Shown: positions 25,301-38,850 of the stretch, piece after piece
Numbering within the stretch: position 1 is the first letter of the stretch
Layout: each line of letters starts with the position of its first letter
NCBI GenBank assembly: GCA_015680685.1
Contig: MNCI01000551.1
Span: 97,578-161,577 of the forward strand
Source: Gnetum montanum
Lineage: Eukaryota > Plantae > Gnetophyta
Length of the DNA stretch: 64,000 nucleotides
Direction of reading: 5' to 3'
Made by a program: the position numbers and the translations under genes
The notes under the pieces: generated by a model
What the model was told of the DNA's origin: nothing
Seen by the model: the letters and a program-made list of their open reading frames with translations, nothing else
Database searches by the model: none

Positions 25301-26000
25301 TTGGTGTGCCACGTGCACTTATTTCAGACAATTGTACACACTTCACAGGTGCAACTTTTCAGAAATTAATGGAATGCTTAGGGGTTGAGCATAAATTGAC
25401 TACACCATACCACCCCCAAGCAAATGGTCAAGCAGAAGTCACCAACAGGGAGATTACGAAGATATTGACAAGGACCATTAGCAAGTTTAGGTAACACTGG
25501 AGCACTAAACCAAACGATGCTCTTTGGGCATACCGCTCCACATGGAAGCTCCCTACAAGCTACTCTTCCTATGAGTTAGTGTACGATAAATTACCAATGC
25601 TTTCCATTTAAACTGAGCTCTATACACTATCCACAACATGTGACCTTAACCTTGACCTTGATCTAGCACAGAAACAACGGTTAGTAACCCTTCACTTGCT
25701 AGATGAAAACCGATTAGCTACCCTATCATCCAACGAATTGCATAAGGCCTTCAATAAACAATGTCATGACCTAAGAATTAGGAAAGTTAAATATTAGCTA
25801 GGAGATAAGGTTCTCAACTAGAATCCCACACATGTGCCACAACGTACTAAATTTCAAACACTTTGGGAAGGACCTTATATTATTTATGCAACTTTTCCTT
25901 CAGGGGCCATGACAATATACAAACCTGAGAGCCCAAATACGAAAATTTTGGTCAACGTGCAACAAATCAAACCTTTCTAGGAGCTTACAACAGCTAGTAC
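22350..26000 (+). pseudogene. gag 3' part and pol (PR-RT-RNaseH-INT) pseudogene of the outer element
   Basis: PR AHLDSSSGVNLI; RT PKKGGKWRVCIDFR...LDGYSGYNQI...FGLCNAPATFQ; RH AQLNYTTT.KEL...TDHSA; INT PFDIWGIDFMGP, ISDN.THF, TPYHPQANGQAE, WEGPY. Many stop codons and an N gap at 24201-24383. Confidence 0.95.
24201..24383. other. Assembly gap (183 N) in the RT region
   Basis: Run of N. Confidence 1.
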
Positions 26001-27708
26001 ACATGCTACCTCTCTTGATGAACAACCCTACTCACTATTTCGAATCTCCTCCTTCCAACTTAGTCATGGGGGAGATGGCCACCTATGCTAATCGTTCTAG
26101 GCCCTCAGTTNCATCGTCCACTCATCCATACAACTCTATGGTCTCCTTTAGCTTGGAACTGTACAGTCCCCTTTTTTTAAGTAAACTTTTTAATGAATTG
26201 GTGGCTAGGTATTTTTCAAACCAAGGAAAGACTCAAATGATGAAAAAGGGTGCGACTTCAAGGGGATTTGATGCATTGGTGTTGGCCATTCTTTTGGGTG
26301 CTTGGATGCTTTTTCTTGGGTTTTCCACCATTCTGACATTGTTCCAATATCAGGAAGCTAAGTGAATAAAAATAAGTCTTTGCATGGTGTGGTCCTCATG
26401 CATAAACATCAAAGAGAGAGAGAGAGAAAAAGAGAGAGAAAAAGGTGAGAATTCAAAGCACACCCCTTAGACATAATAAAGCAATATGGGCTACAAGCGC
26501 TAGTTATGGCATTGGAAAGACATGTTACCCATGCCTAAAGGTTCCCTCTAACTAAGGCCCTTTCTCGCTTCCTACTTCTCCATCTCACTCTACTTGGGAT
26601 GGTGGTCACTCTTTGTGGAAGCATTTGTGTTGCCTCAAGAGGATGGATTAGCCAAGTGTATTGATGCGAGGTCACTGAATGTGGTTGGTTTGAGTCTGGA
26701 TTTGGGATGAGTTCTACTCAGTTTTCTTAATTATGAAATACACAAGGGGCTTTACACAACCTTGTTCTTGGGATTCCATTCCATTCTCTCCCCTCCATCT
26801 TTCTTCCCATTTTCCACCTCATTGCCAGTTTTATCATTAGTCTGTTTTGGGTTGATGCATTATTTTTCTTTGGTGAATTCTTGTGGGTAAGTTTTTAACT
26901 CTTGCTTCCAAATGACATTCCTAGAGCCTACGGACTCTTTGGTTTCTGGGTTTGTCAGGGCATAAAGGGCATGAGCCTGGTTTGGGGAGGACCCACTTGC
27001 ATATCTTTTGGTTTGGTTAAGTTAAGTTCTTTACCCTTAGACATTGTTATAATTAAATTCTTTTTATTTACCCCATCCATGTCATCGAAATTATATGCAC
27101 CTTCACAATTGTTTGTAATGAATTCCTTTTTATTGTTGTGAATACCCTCTTTCCACTAGTCCTTGTGTCAAGCTTTCTCTAAATTGTATGGATCTCTTCT
27201 ATTATTTAACCCATTTGTCAGTCTTTCCACTAACAATATCAAGCAAGAAATCTATCACAATCACAACTTGGCTAGATAAAATCACCGAGGAGACAAGGTA
27301 TTTAGCCATTATTTATGTATCATATATACTAATCGTTGGTTTTGTTGTGATTGTAGTGGGAAGCATGGATTGGAAGCAGGACTTTCGTCACCAAGGAGGA
27401 TGCAACCATATCACTCATGGGAGATTGTTTATGACCACTGGATCTCTTTTACCTCTCCCTCATTATTCTATTTCCAAGAGGGATTGGATGTCCTTTGGAT
27501 TCGTTGGTGTTCTTTCCTAATTGTCATGAACACCAATTTTGTATGTAATTGTAATATTGTATGCTCGGGCACTTCTGTATTTGTCTGTTTTCTCTGTGTG
27601 ACTCTGCATGTCAGTCAAATAAGTCCACATCCCCCTAATATATTTTGTAAAAAACTTGTTTCTCTTCTTCTATACTCGAGGACGAGTTTTCATTCAATTG
27701 TGGGGGTA

Positions 27709-28622
27709 TGATGAGAGCGGTTACTCTAGTAGTTATTCTAATTATTAGAGTGGTTACTCTAGTACTTAGTCTAATTATTAGAGTGGTTACTCTAGCGATT
27801 ACTTTAGCAATTATTCTAATTATTAGAGCAGTTGCTCCCAAGCCTATAAATATAGTGCCTAGGCACACAATTGAGGGGGGGGGGGGAGTCTTTTAACAAT
27901 CAAGTAGCGAAACTCTTGTAGTCTGTTTGAAAGTTAGAGTATTTTCCCAATGCCCATAGCAGGATGTCTAAGTGTGGAAGGATCTTTATTAAAGCATTGA
28001 TGTACCTGAGCACACCACTGTATTGGCAATAAAGACGAGCTCTTTGATTCATCTTTGCAGCACTTGAGATTTGTTTTCTTATGCATTTCTTTTATTTTAT
28101 TTTCTTATGCATTTATTTTATTTTATTTTATTTTATCCACTTTACATTTATGTTATTAGCACAGCAATCCATTTTGATCAATTAAGCAAATCGTTAAATT
28201 ACACAAGCACGACCACTTCGAGCATGCATGTAATGTTTGGTAACCCAGTAATGATTAGCATTTGGTAATCCCAGTAGTGTTGCACTGGTTCAGGATGTGT
28301 ACGGCAAGTGGGAATGTATGCTAGTGTTAGGATTAGTTAGAACTTAGTTAATGAGTAGTTAAGTTAAATTAGTCACTTAGTTACCTCTCTCCTTCCCTAT
28401 TAGCACAGGACATAAAAACATAAAAGCTATAAAAATCATATGCCTCAAGCTTACTTAACTATACAATCATGGCATACAGGTAAGATCGGGAAGACAACGA
28501 TGAACCAACCCGTCCTTGTTCCACAATGGCACATAAGCACTTAGCCCTTGGAATTCGACCAAATCGTGTGTGAAATGCTCGTATTTGTATGGTTGAGCGT
28601 AGGGGTACCTCACTGCTCATCA
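27709..28622 (+). repeat. 3' LTR of the outer element
   Basis: TGATGA...TCATCA ends followed by the TSD ATTTT; has an intact CCTATAAATA box. Confidence 0.92.
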
Positions 28623-30207
28623 ATTTTATAAATATTTGTACTTGGTTATTCATTAATTATAAAAGAACACCAATAAGATAATTTATTTCAATCCAATAAG
28701 GGATGACATTAGATAAAGTTATTTAAGTGAGGTGGGAAACAACAGGAAAGCTAAGCTCCTGTATTTAGAAGCATTTGGTCTTTGCTAAAGCATTGGGTCC
28801 GGCTTTCATAAACAATCCATTTTAAACCTAAGACATTAATATAAAAATATACATTAAGGTAACATATATTTTTCCAATTCTCGTGTTTTGTCAAAATATT
28901 TTGATCTAATTTTGTATAGTTTTTTTTTTTTGGGTTTGACAGCTCATTTGAGGTCTTGAAAAAATAAACTATCAAATGCCTTTCAAAAACTAATGTCACA
29001 TATATGTTGTTAAATGTCCATTTATCATTAAAATGGTGTTACATAGTGTTGCACAAGGATAAAGCCTATAAATAGCTCAATTGGATATCTCGCTTAGATT
29101 TTCCTCTATTTATACTTAAAACACTATAAGATTTTGATACTCAAAAAATGACTATGCTTGAGTGATTAGAACATAATATATATTATTAAGAAAATTAGGT
29201 TACAAATTACATCTTTTTGTGATAAAGGCTATTTGTCATCATGCTACATTTGTCCCATCAACATTAGCTGATTCATTAAGGTAACTAAGTCATCAATATT
29301 CACCCTTAAAGCACTTTTTAAAATAAGTTGATTCTTAAAAAGCAATTTTAAATTTAATTTTTTTTTTGAATTTGTGACTTTGGGTTTGCAAAACAAAGTT
29401 CTTACAACTAAGTTAATATCTCATTTTTTTAACAAAAAAGAATAGATTTGGCCGAGGGTGAGAATATATGATAAATGATGCAAATATTTTTTCTTGATCC
29501 CATCATTACAAGAAATTTGATACACAAATCTTGTTGTTCATCCAGAAGTAAAAATTATAATCATAAATTATGTTCTTCGTCCAAAAGTCATGAAATATTT
29601 GACTCAAATACCTTATTAATTATCAACAAACAAAATTTTGTCAACCAAATTATAGATATATATTATAAATATATAACTAACATAGTATCATGTCCACAAT
29701 GCTCCAAGGAGAGCCTATAAGTAACTGTAAACAATATTTTATCCATCATGCCAACATATTTTATGTAAGTGGAATATATGGTTTCTAAGTTTATGTTTTC
29801 TATTACAATGCACAAGGAATGAAATTTGGAAGGGTAAGAGAAGCATGAATGGAAAACAACAATCCATGAGAATTATGAAATATCGCACAACATAATATTT
29901 AATACCATAGTGATTGGAACAAAATTGTTATCAAATACATTAATAACATACTTAGATAATTTTCAATACAATATATGAAACAAAATTCAACTTAATTTTT
30001 AAAAGAATATATTACCCAAATTATATATATATATATATATATATAACTAAGCTAAAATATTAATAGAATAAAATTTAAAATAATTAATGTATTGGTTGTA
30101 GTCTTGGTGATTTTGAATGTTTTTAATCATGCTAACTTTAGGAGGATAAAACACAAATTAAAATGATAAATAAATCCATAACATGATGGTGATTTATTCT
30201 ATTTCTC

Positions 30208-32090
30208 GATTAGCTGCTCACACGCTAATCACGTTCCCTACTTCTTGAAGATGACAAGACTACTTCAAGAGATGAGACTTGTGTCTAGTTTTTTAACAAA
30301 ACCTTTCATTTACCTCCGCAACAAAAGAAATCATTGACGCTTTGAAGACCAAGGATCATGAGAATCCTGGAGTCATAACAAGTGATCATGCATAAAATCC
30401 ATGAAACCATGTGACAAGAAGAATCTGCAGACATGTAGCCTATGCATCCCAAGCAACCGATGTTGAAAAGCCATAAAGTAGCCCATGTCACAACAAAACC
30501 TCTTTGCATTTCATCAACAACCACATTCTCCACCCCAAAACAATTACTCGGATCAAACGAACACGCCCGTCCAAGACGTTGAAGTCGTTGGGGAAAAGGT
30601 CGGTCATATACTCTACTCAAGCCAGCTAGAAAACCATACAATAGAACAAACCATTCACAAAATACAAACCTACACGGGCCCATATTCGGTAAATTTAAAA
30701 ACTCGACCATAGCGGCTGCATGCGTTCACAGCTGTGCCATTTTCACGTAAAATGGTCAAAGAGTTAACCAATGAAAAAATGGAGTATAAAGTGGAGTAGC
30801 TTGTAGTGAGAATATTTTCATTTATGGATCACATCCTACCAATCCTAGTTGCCAGCCACTATGCTTGAGGTTTGAAATGCATACCACTATGCTATATGCT
30901 TGATGTTTGAAATGCATACCACTATGCTATTTTGCTGGATGAGAATGAAATCACTTTTTAGTTGATTTAAACAAGTGTTCTTAGGCCCCAGTGTATATGT
31001 TAGTGACCCAAGGACATGTAAACATAATTGATGATGATCATCCAAGATAAATAAGCTGACACAGTGCACGTATATAATAGTTAAAATACGGCGTAGACAC
31101 TTCCGTAGGTTACCTTGAACATGATGTAAGTTGTGTTTCATATTGACTGTCGAGTCCATGTTATCGCATTCCATGAATCTTAGCAACGAACAAAAGCAGT
31201 GAAGGGCCAAGAATCATATATTCATATTTAACCTAACCTGTAAAGGCAGGACAAAAAAGGTGGCATCCCATGAGTAAAGTTAGAAAAATATGAGTGAAAA
31301 TTCAACAGGTTGGATGGGAGCCACATAAATGGAATCTTTTAAGGTTAGTTACTGTAGTCTTTGACATGTCTCAATGCAGCCTCGGCAGTCCATAGTGTAT
31401 CAGTTTTTCAAATACTAAGAAGTTATCGTCCACAATGAAGATAGATTTTTCTCGTAGCAGGTGCTTGATCCTATACAACAGGAAATGCAAACTTGTTCCT
31501 TTCACTGGATTTAAATGTGTGAGTTGTTTCGTTCCATCACTACATTATTATGCTATGGTGTCTGCAAAAACGGTCGGACCTACGATGGCCCACTTACAAC
31601 CTACGATTCAATTCATGTAAGTCTTTACTCTAATTGTGCTTGGTTAAACCTTTTCTACGTGAAATCTTCTCAAAGGAAGTATGCTTCACACGTCTTTTAC
31701 AATGAGGGCTCGATTATATGTTATGGTTTCTGGTTTCTGGTAGGTATGGTATTTGACTTGCGTACATCTACAAACAGTTACACAGACTATGGTTTTTTGT
31801 TTCTTTTACAAAACCATGGTCTGACAACAATTTCAGTTGTATATGGTTTTCAGTAGGCTTCAACTATGTAGGTGCAGGTTGTAAATATGTCTACAAACTG
31901 TTACACTGACCATGGTTTCTCATACAAAACCATGGTCTTTGACAATTAATTTTAGTTGTATATGGTTTTTAACAAGCTACCACTATGTGTAGCTTATAAA
32001 CATTCGTATAAATGCCACTTCGATTAAAATTAAAAGCCATGCTATAGCCAAAAGCAATGTATGTAACAAATAGCATAAGTCATGGCTATT
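30208..32090. repeat. Copy 1 of a ~1.8-kb diverged direct duplication (unknown identity)
   Basis: Colinear similarity to 41052-42765, from GATTAGCTG.TCACACGCTAATCACG to AGCATA.GTCATG.CTATT. The central segments differ. Confidence 0.85.
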
Positions 32091-33482
32091 CTTATGCTAC
32101 TCATGAAGTTAATAAAGTAGCTGTTACTATTCTTGTTAATAAAAAATCGGATTGGAATAGTTTTGAATTCTAGTTTTGAAAACATTGGAAGAGTTATTTG
32201 GATTATTTGTTATACTAAAAAAGGTGACTTTGGACTATATAATATTTATGCTTTTAATAATTAAAAAGATTGATGGGAGGTTTGGAAATATCTTCTTTGC
32301 CTAAAGTTCATTGGAATTATTACAAGTGATTTAAAAAAATAAACAATTAAAATAGCTAAACTTTTGCAATTTAAAAAAATATCTTATTTAAAACTCATGC
32401 ATACTAAACCATAGCTATGTACAAGTCTAAATAAACAATTAAAAAACTATCAAAGGAAAAATTAAACTGAGAGAAGAAAACTAAAAGAGAAAAGCACCTG
32501 TTTAGAATGCCATTACTACAAGTCTTTTACAAGATATTTTATTCCAAATTCTCAAACCTCACTCTATGTTAATTTACAGATTCACTTGAAGCTTTATATT
32601 GCAGCTTTAATAGTTACAATAGTTATAATAACTACTTCAAATTTAACGCCTAATTAATCTTGTAGCTACTTCAGATTCAATGGTTACAACAATTACAATA
32701 ATCTACCATGTTCAATAGGTATTATGAGTACTTGATTAGATTTTATGAGTTAGACATACAAATTGAGAAAGATAGAATTGTGTTCAAAATAACCGTCTTA
32801 ATTATAAAGACAAACTAACGAAAATTCCTCTTACCTAAAATTATTCATAGATAGTTGTATTCTTGATTATATCCTTAATAATTATTGATAAATCCATGAA
32901 AATTTTATATAAAGAGATGCATTAACACACTTTGCATTAACATTTTTGCATAAACACATTTGCGTTGTTGCACTTGGGACTACATGTATGTGTATGCAAG
33001 GCAGTCCATTTTGCTTATATATATGCAATGCATAGACATAGAAATCATCAATCTTTATTTGTTGGCGTCAAACTTTTATTTTTTATTTTTTTTTTGGATT
33101 TTAGTCCCTCAACTAGTGTTTGTAACATGTGTTTGTTTTCAATTGATGAAATCCTTATTCAAGTCATTATGCGTAGATGTAATCATGATCAAAAATAAAG
33201 ATCACAATTGATTCCTTAAACTTTACAATACTTTGAATTTAGTGTTTCTATTTCATGTAATTTATTTTCTATATTATTTACTTTTATGCATTTAGTATAA
33301 TTTACCATAATGTTACTTTCACATGTATAATTAGTAACATGGAATAAATATGTCAAGATTATGAGTGTCCAGATGCTAGTGTGTGATATCTACAAGCATG
33401 ATGATAAGTCAATAAAATATTTATTCATTGTAGTAGGCAAGGTGTTACAACTAGAACTAGATTACTATATGGACCCCCAAAC

Positions 33483-33630
33483 AATGTGTTAGCTTAGTGG
33501 TAAGACTCTTGATTTGAAAGCTTCGACTCATAAGTTTTATTTTGGTGGGTAGTGCTAAGTTATATGTATTCGAATATACCTATATTACAATTATCTAGAG
33601 GTTTCAACATCCCCCACCAACCACCCTCCT
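33483..33630 (+). mobile_element. tRNA-derived SINE, family A
   Basis: A-box TAGCTTAGTGG, degenerate B-box, body AGTTATA...TATATTACAATT and tail GAGGTTTCAACATCCCCC. Homologous to copies at 42802, 49585, 51663, 63503 and 63803. Confidence 0.7.
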
Positions 33631-33709
33631 CCCTAGGTGCCTATATGTATTCCTTGGACATATAGTCAACATGAAACTTTTATAAAACTCAATTAAAAGA
33701 TAACTGCAT

Positions 33710-36700
33710 GTTGGGGGGGTGTCGAACCCCAAAAAAACAAGTTTTATTAATAGTAAAAGAGCATCAAATACATATTCCACATCAAGTCATATAAACTAGA
33801 TATAGAAGGAAAACTTAATTAACTAGGAATGTTAAGCTAGGAAATGTCCTAAAAAATAACCTATCCTGAAAGGGAGGAGTGTAATTTGAGGATCTACCAT
33901 CCACCAAGGATCAACTAAACTAGTAGTAAAGAAAGATTGGCAGAAAGTCTAATGGAGTAGATAATGCCTAAAATTATAAAGAGAGACTCCCATGTAGTGA
34001 TTACACTTGAATTTAAGAGGAAGCTTCTATGCAACAATTCTAGTTGAAGAAGGTTGCTTGAATTCATGGGTCTTCCCCAAGGCTACAAAAGATGAATCAA
34101 CTAGTTAATATCTAACTTGAACTTTGATGCTTGAGATTGGATTTGGAGATGAATGAGGCAAAAGATCTACAATTTCTCCATAATAGTTAGATGATGTATA
34201 TTTGAATAATCAGTCCTTTGAAAGAGAACACTACATCTATGCTTCCAAATATAATATAGAATAAAAGGCCTAATAACCTTCCACAAAAATTTGAAATTTA
34301 TAGAAGTGGTAGGCAAAAATCCAAACATAATGTCATCTTGAGATAGCTTGCACAATGGAATAACTTTGGAAGCCCATGTCCACATGTGCTAGGTGAAGGG
34401 GCATTGCTAAAAAGCATGAACAAAATGCTCTTTACCACCACATAGAGGGTAATTAGGAGTGTGAATCCCAAGAAATTCAAGACGTTTGCCAATAGGTAAA
34501 CCTTGGTGAAGGAGACAACAGAGAAACTGTTGAATTTTAGGGAGTGTTGGTAGTTTCCAAATACATTGAAAGAGGGGGATTCAAAATTGTTCCAACCCTT
34601 GTTTGTACCAAGACTTGTTACATTGTTCAATGACACTTGATGAGTCATGCAAAAGTTGAAAGGGAACATGCAGCTTATAAGGCAAAATTTTGAGCCCATT
34701 AATACATTGGAGGCAATGAAAAGTACTTTGCACCAAAATGTCCAACTGAAAATGGCAATGAATAAAATTATAAACCTAAGCCAAGCAATGGTGCATTACT
34801 TTAGAAGCCCCATACATATTGCTAAACACTTCCCAAAAAATCCATTAATTGGCTTGTTGAAGATAGCTAAGAGAAATAACTCCATTCCAAAACTAAGAGG
34901 TAGTAACCCTAACATTTGTAATGGCAAGGGGAATGGGCAACGAACATAATCACCATGGACACAACATAGAGAGAAAAGTAGGGTTGATCTTGACATTTGT
35001 CCAATCAATATAATGGTGTAAAACTTGCTAAGACCTCCAAATGCTTTTGAAAACATGAGATCTGGGAATAATGATAGTGTAGGGGGGGAAAGGATCCAAT
35101 TAACTAAGTGGATACCTTTCCAAAAGGACTTATTTTTGGGAAATGCTTGTTGAAGCCTTAATTGGAGAGAGTCCCAATAATGTTTGGGGCATCTAGATGT
35201 TGAACCAACCACTTAACAATCAAGGTAAGCCCCTATTTGAAAGATTTCAAAAGACCTAAGCCACCCTTATTTTTAGGAAGAGTAGCAATATTCCAAATGA
35301 CACGATGGAAGCCTTTTTGAGAATCTTTAGAGGACCACATGAAGTCCCAAAATCATCACTCAAGCTTTTGATAAGTAGCTTAGGAGGGGGTCCAACATGA
35401 AGAATAATAGACATGGGTAGAAGCATAGATAGACCTTACAAACGAGGTACATACTAGCTAGAGTGAGGGATTTAGTCTTCCGTTTTTCAATTTTCTTTTG
35501 ATTTCAAAAAATTACATGCTCCTAGAGAACTAAGGTAGAACCTTTAAAATGGAAGGGAATTCCCAGAATCTTGATGATATCTTGATCTTGAATAAGCTTC
35601 AAATTATAGTTGGGAAAATGACAATAATTAATAGAAGATTTATTCCAATTAATAGTGGAACCAAAGAGAGAGCAATATTGCTCCACTTTGAATAAGAGCC
35701 ATTGCAAATTAGCAGCATTATTTTGAACAAGGAAAAAGGAGTCATAAACTAAATGCATGTTAAGAAGCTAATGTTGAGGGGAAGAAAGATGGACCTAAGT
35801 GATCTTTTTATTTTGAATATCATAGTTTAACTAATGATGGAGAAAATCAACTATGATGATGAATAGGTAAGGGGTAAGAAGACATCCTTGCTACACTAAC
35901 CTATGGATAGGAAATGAAGAGGTGATCCCAAACGTGATAGTTATTCTCATGGTAGCATCTGAGAATAAAAATTTCACCGTATGTAAGAACTTAGGGCCAA
36001 AACCAAGTTTAGTCATGATCTGTAGAATAAAGTCCCACTTTATGTTGTTTTAGGCATTTGCATGATCAAGCTTCATTAGGAGAATATCTTGACCATCATT
36101 CTCTACCCACTTGAGACCTTCCCACACAACAATCACATTATTTAAAATATATCTACTAGGAACAAAACCAGTTTGTTGGGGAGATATAATATGGAAAAGA
36201 ATTTTCTCCAGATGTAAGACTAAGTAGTTGACCCAAATTTTATACACCACATTAAGAAGAGTGATGGGACACTAATTGGAGATACAGGTAAGATCCCCAA
36301 ACTTAGGAAGGAGATGAATAATCCCCTTATTTAAATTAGGCCCAAGGAAACTAGTAAGGATAGCCTTTCTAATGACTTTGAAGAGATCATTTCCCATGAG
36401 ATCCCAATGATTTCGAAAAAATTCAATACAGAAACCATCATAATTGGGGGCCTTCCTAGGACTTAATTTAAAATAAGCCTCTTGAAGCTCATCCTAAGTA
36501 ATATCGACTTCTAAACTTTGCAACATAGTGGAATTAATTAGGCCAAGATAATTAAGGGTAGTAGCCTCAAACGATGAGATACTCATAGGGGTAGCAGCAA
36601 ATAAGGTTTCAAAATGCTTCTTAAGATATGAGAGGACATTATTGTGGTTAGTTATGGTGGTACCATCATTGGAAGTTTTGTCTAAAGAATGCGAAGGAGA

Positions 36701-36940
36701 AGAGCTATTTAGCTAGTTGAAAAATTCCTTGCAATCTACATCTTGAATATTTAACTAAGTGAGTCTAATTTTTGTTAAGGCACTTTGTGCTCTGTACATG
36801 TCCCATTGGTGGAAGGCTAACTAGGCTCTAGCTAACTCTTCATGAACTTGAGTGTTGAAAGAATCATGAGCTAATTTATTAGTAAGATGTTTAATATTAA
36901 AGCAAATGCTATTGTACTCTTATCCAAAATGAGCGACCAC
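33710..36940 (-). mobile_element. 5'-truncated degenerate L1-clade LINE (ORF2 RT and C-terminal CCHC)
   Basis: Minus-strand KAPNYDGFCIEFFRNHW, PITLLNVVYKI, ISPQQTGFVPSRYILNNVIVVWEGLKW...LLMKLD and a C-terminal PLCGGKEHFVHAF.QCPFT.HMW motif. AATAAA near 33745. Confidence 0.9.
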
Positions 36941-36948
36941 TTCCTTAT

Positions 36949-37720
36949 TGATGAGCAGTGAGTACCCCCTACACCCAACCATATGACTCACAACCATTCA
37001 CACATGGTTCAGTTGAATTTTGTGGATGGAACTAGTATGGCATCTAGATTGTTAAGCATTGATTGTAGGTCACTATCTTCCCACTTGGACTAGTGGTAGC
37101 TTTGTCATGTATGGTTTAGTCCAAAGTGAGGCGTATGATTATTAATGTTGTTGTAGCCTTAAACTAATCTTAATGATAATAGATAAATTAATTATTTAAT
37201 CTAATTAACAATATGAAGATAAAATCCTAAACTAGCCTAATGGAGATGAGTGTCTGTTCCTAGCTTGTTGTACACGTCTTGAATTCACATATCCACTATT
37301 GGGATTATCAAGCATTATGCTACTATGTGAAGCAAGCAATAATGCTGCTAAGATTACTAAGCGAACAATTGTTTACACTCGAAACTGGTTGTGCTCATTT
37401 TGCTCATTGATTATTGTGCATGGAAATGTAAATATTAACTAACTGCATGAAAAGTAAATTGCATGAAAAGTAAGTCTTAATCTATTCTAAGTGGTGCAAG
37501 GAGTTTTAACAATCTCATCTTTATTGCTATCACATCAAGGTGTTTAGGTACATTGATGCTTGAATAAGAATCTGTACAATCCTTGAAGTCCTACTGTGGA
37601 TACTTAAGAAAATATTCTAAGTTTCATGGAATGAAATTGTAAGAACCTGGCTATTCTATTAACTCAACAATGCCAAATACATGGTGGGTGCTTACATATT
37701 TATAGGAAAATATAGGCATT
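36949..37720 (-). mobile_element. Degenerate LTR of the Athila-type group, reverse orientation
   Basis: Reverse complement of the conserved LTR 3' end (TGATGAGCAGTGAGTACCCCCTACA), the R-region hairpin near 37517-37570 and a TATA at ~37700. The 5' boundary is unclear. Confidence 0.75.
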
Positions 37721-38069
37721 ACATGAACTATAATGTGTTAATACATTTAGCTGCATTAACGAGGATGCATTAATGGCAAAGTAATTAGATAACTGTATGA
37801 TAGATTAGCATACCCATTTAATAAGCATAAAAAATTTCATTTTGATTAAGGTGCATCAATGTATCCTTTTATGTGTTGATGCACATTCGTCGTTATATTT
37901 AAAAATTCCATTTGTGTGTGTGTGTGAACTATGGCACATTAATGACATCTTTTCAATAGTTATATAAAAGTCCTTATGATTGATTTCCATGATTTTATAG
38001 TAATTAATGAGTGTCTATATTGTGTGTCTAAGTCCATTATCTAGAGTTTTTATTCAAGTGATTATATGT

Positions 38070-38850
38070 GGATGCGATCATAGCTAATAATAAAGTAAAG
38101 ATCGAGAACATAGTGGGGTGAATAAGTTTAATCCATGCAATGTCTAACTTTTAACACAACTATTTTACTTGGTTCCCTAACTTGCATACTTCAACACTAA
38201 GAGGGTAGAATCCTTTCACACCTATGAACTTTGTGGCTCAAAATGTGGTTTCAAGGACATCACAACCTTTACAAGGCTTCAATTATAAATGACTACAAAT
38301 GACTACAAATAACTTTGTGGCTCAAAATGTGATTATATTCGTATAGGTTTCTTCCTCTTCATTTGCTTGTTGGAATCCCTACAATAACTAGAAATGACTA
38401 CTTGAGACATCTTGCTTATGCCCTAGCATGTCTCATTAATTTTGGCTACCTGTAGATGAGATGTCTTGTCTAATCCCAATACATCTTGAACTAGGCTAAA
38501 ATGTCTCCTTGAAATGGGAGACATCTTGACTTGGCCTAGAACATCTCATGTAAATGTGAGATGTCTCTTATTTTTGTAAGATGTTTTGTCTAAGATTTGG
38601 GATCTTAGGAGAGATGTCTCATGTTAGCTTGAGATGTCTTCTCTTGGATTGGGACGTCTATTGTCATTGTGATCTTCTTCAATCCCTTACTTTTTTCTCC
38701 AAAATCTAGCATAAAAAAATATGCTATCATTCCCATTTCTTAGTCTTCATGATGTGCAATTTCATCTTCTCTAGGCCTATTAGAGACTCAGAAAACACAT
38801 TGACAAGTTCTCCATTTTCTAGGTTTTGATACACAAAAAATGTTAGTATA
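38070..38850 (-). mobile_element. Possible old copia (Sirevirus-like) LTR with a palindromic motif array
   Basis: GTGGGGTGAATA at ~38114 resembles the reverse of the TATTCACCCC U5 motif. An array of GAGATGTCT/AGACATCT motifs lies at 38400-38660. No TSD found. Confidence 0.35.

Larger units (their letters stand above)
12822..28622 (+). mobile_element. Full-length degenerate Athila-type Ty3/gypsy LTR retrotransposon (outer element), interrupted by a nested element
   Basis: 5' LTR 12822-13790, 3' LTR 27709-28622, TSD ATTTT, PBS at 13792, and PPT TGTGGGGGTA before the 3' LTR. Domain order is gag-PR-RT-RH-INT. Confidence 0.95.
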
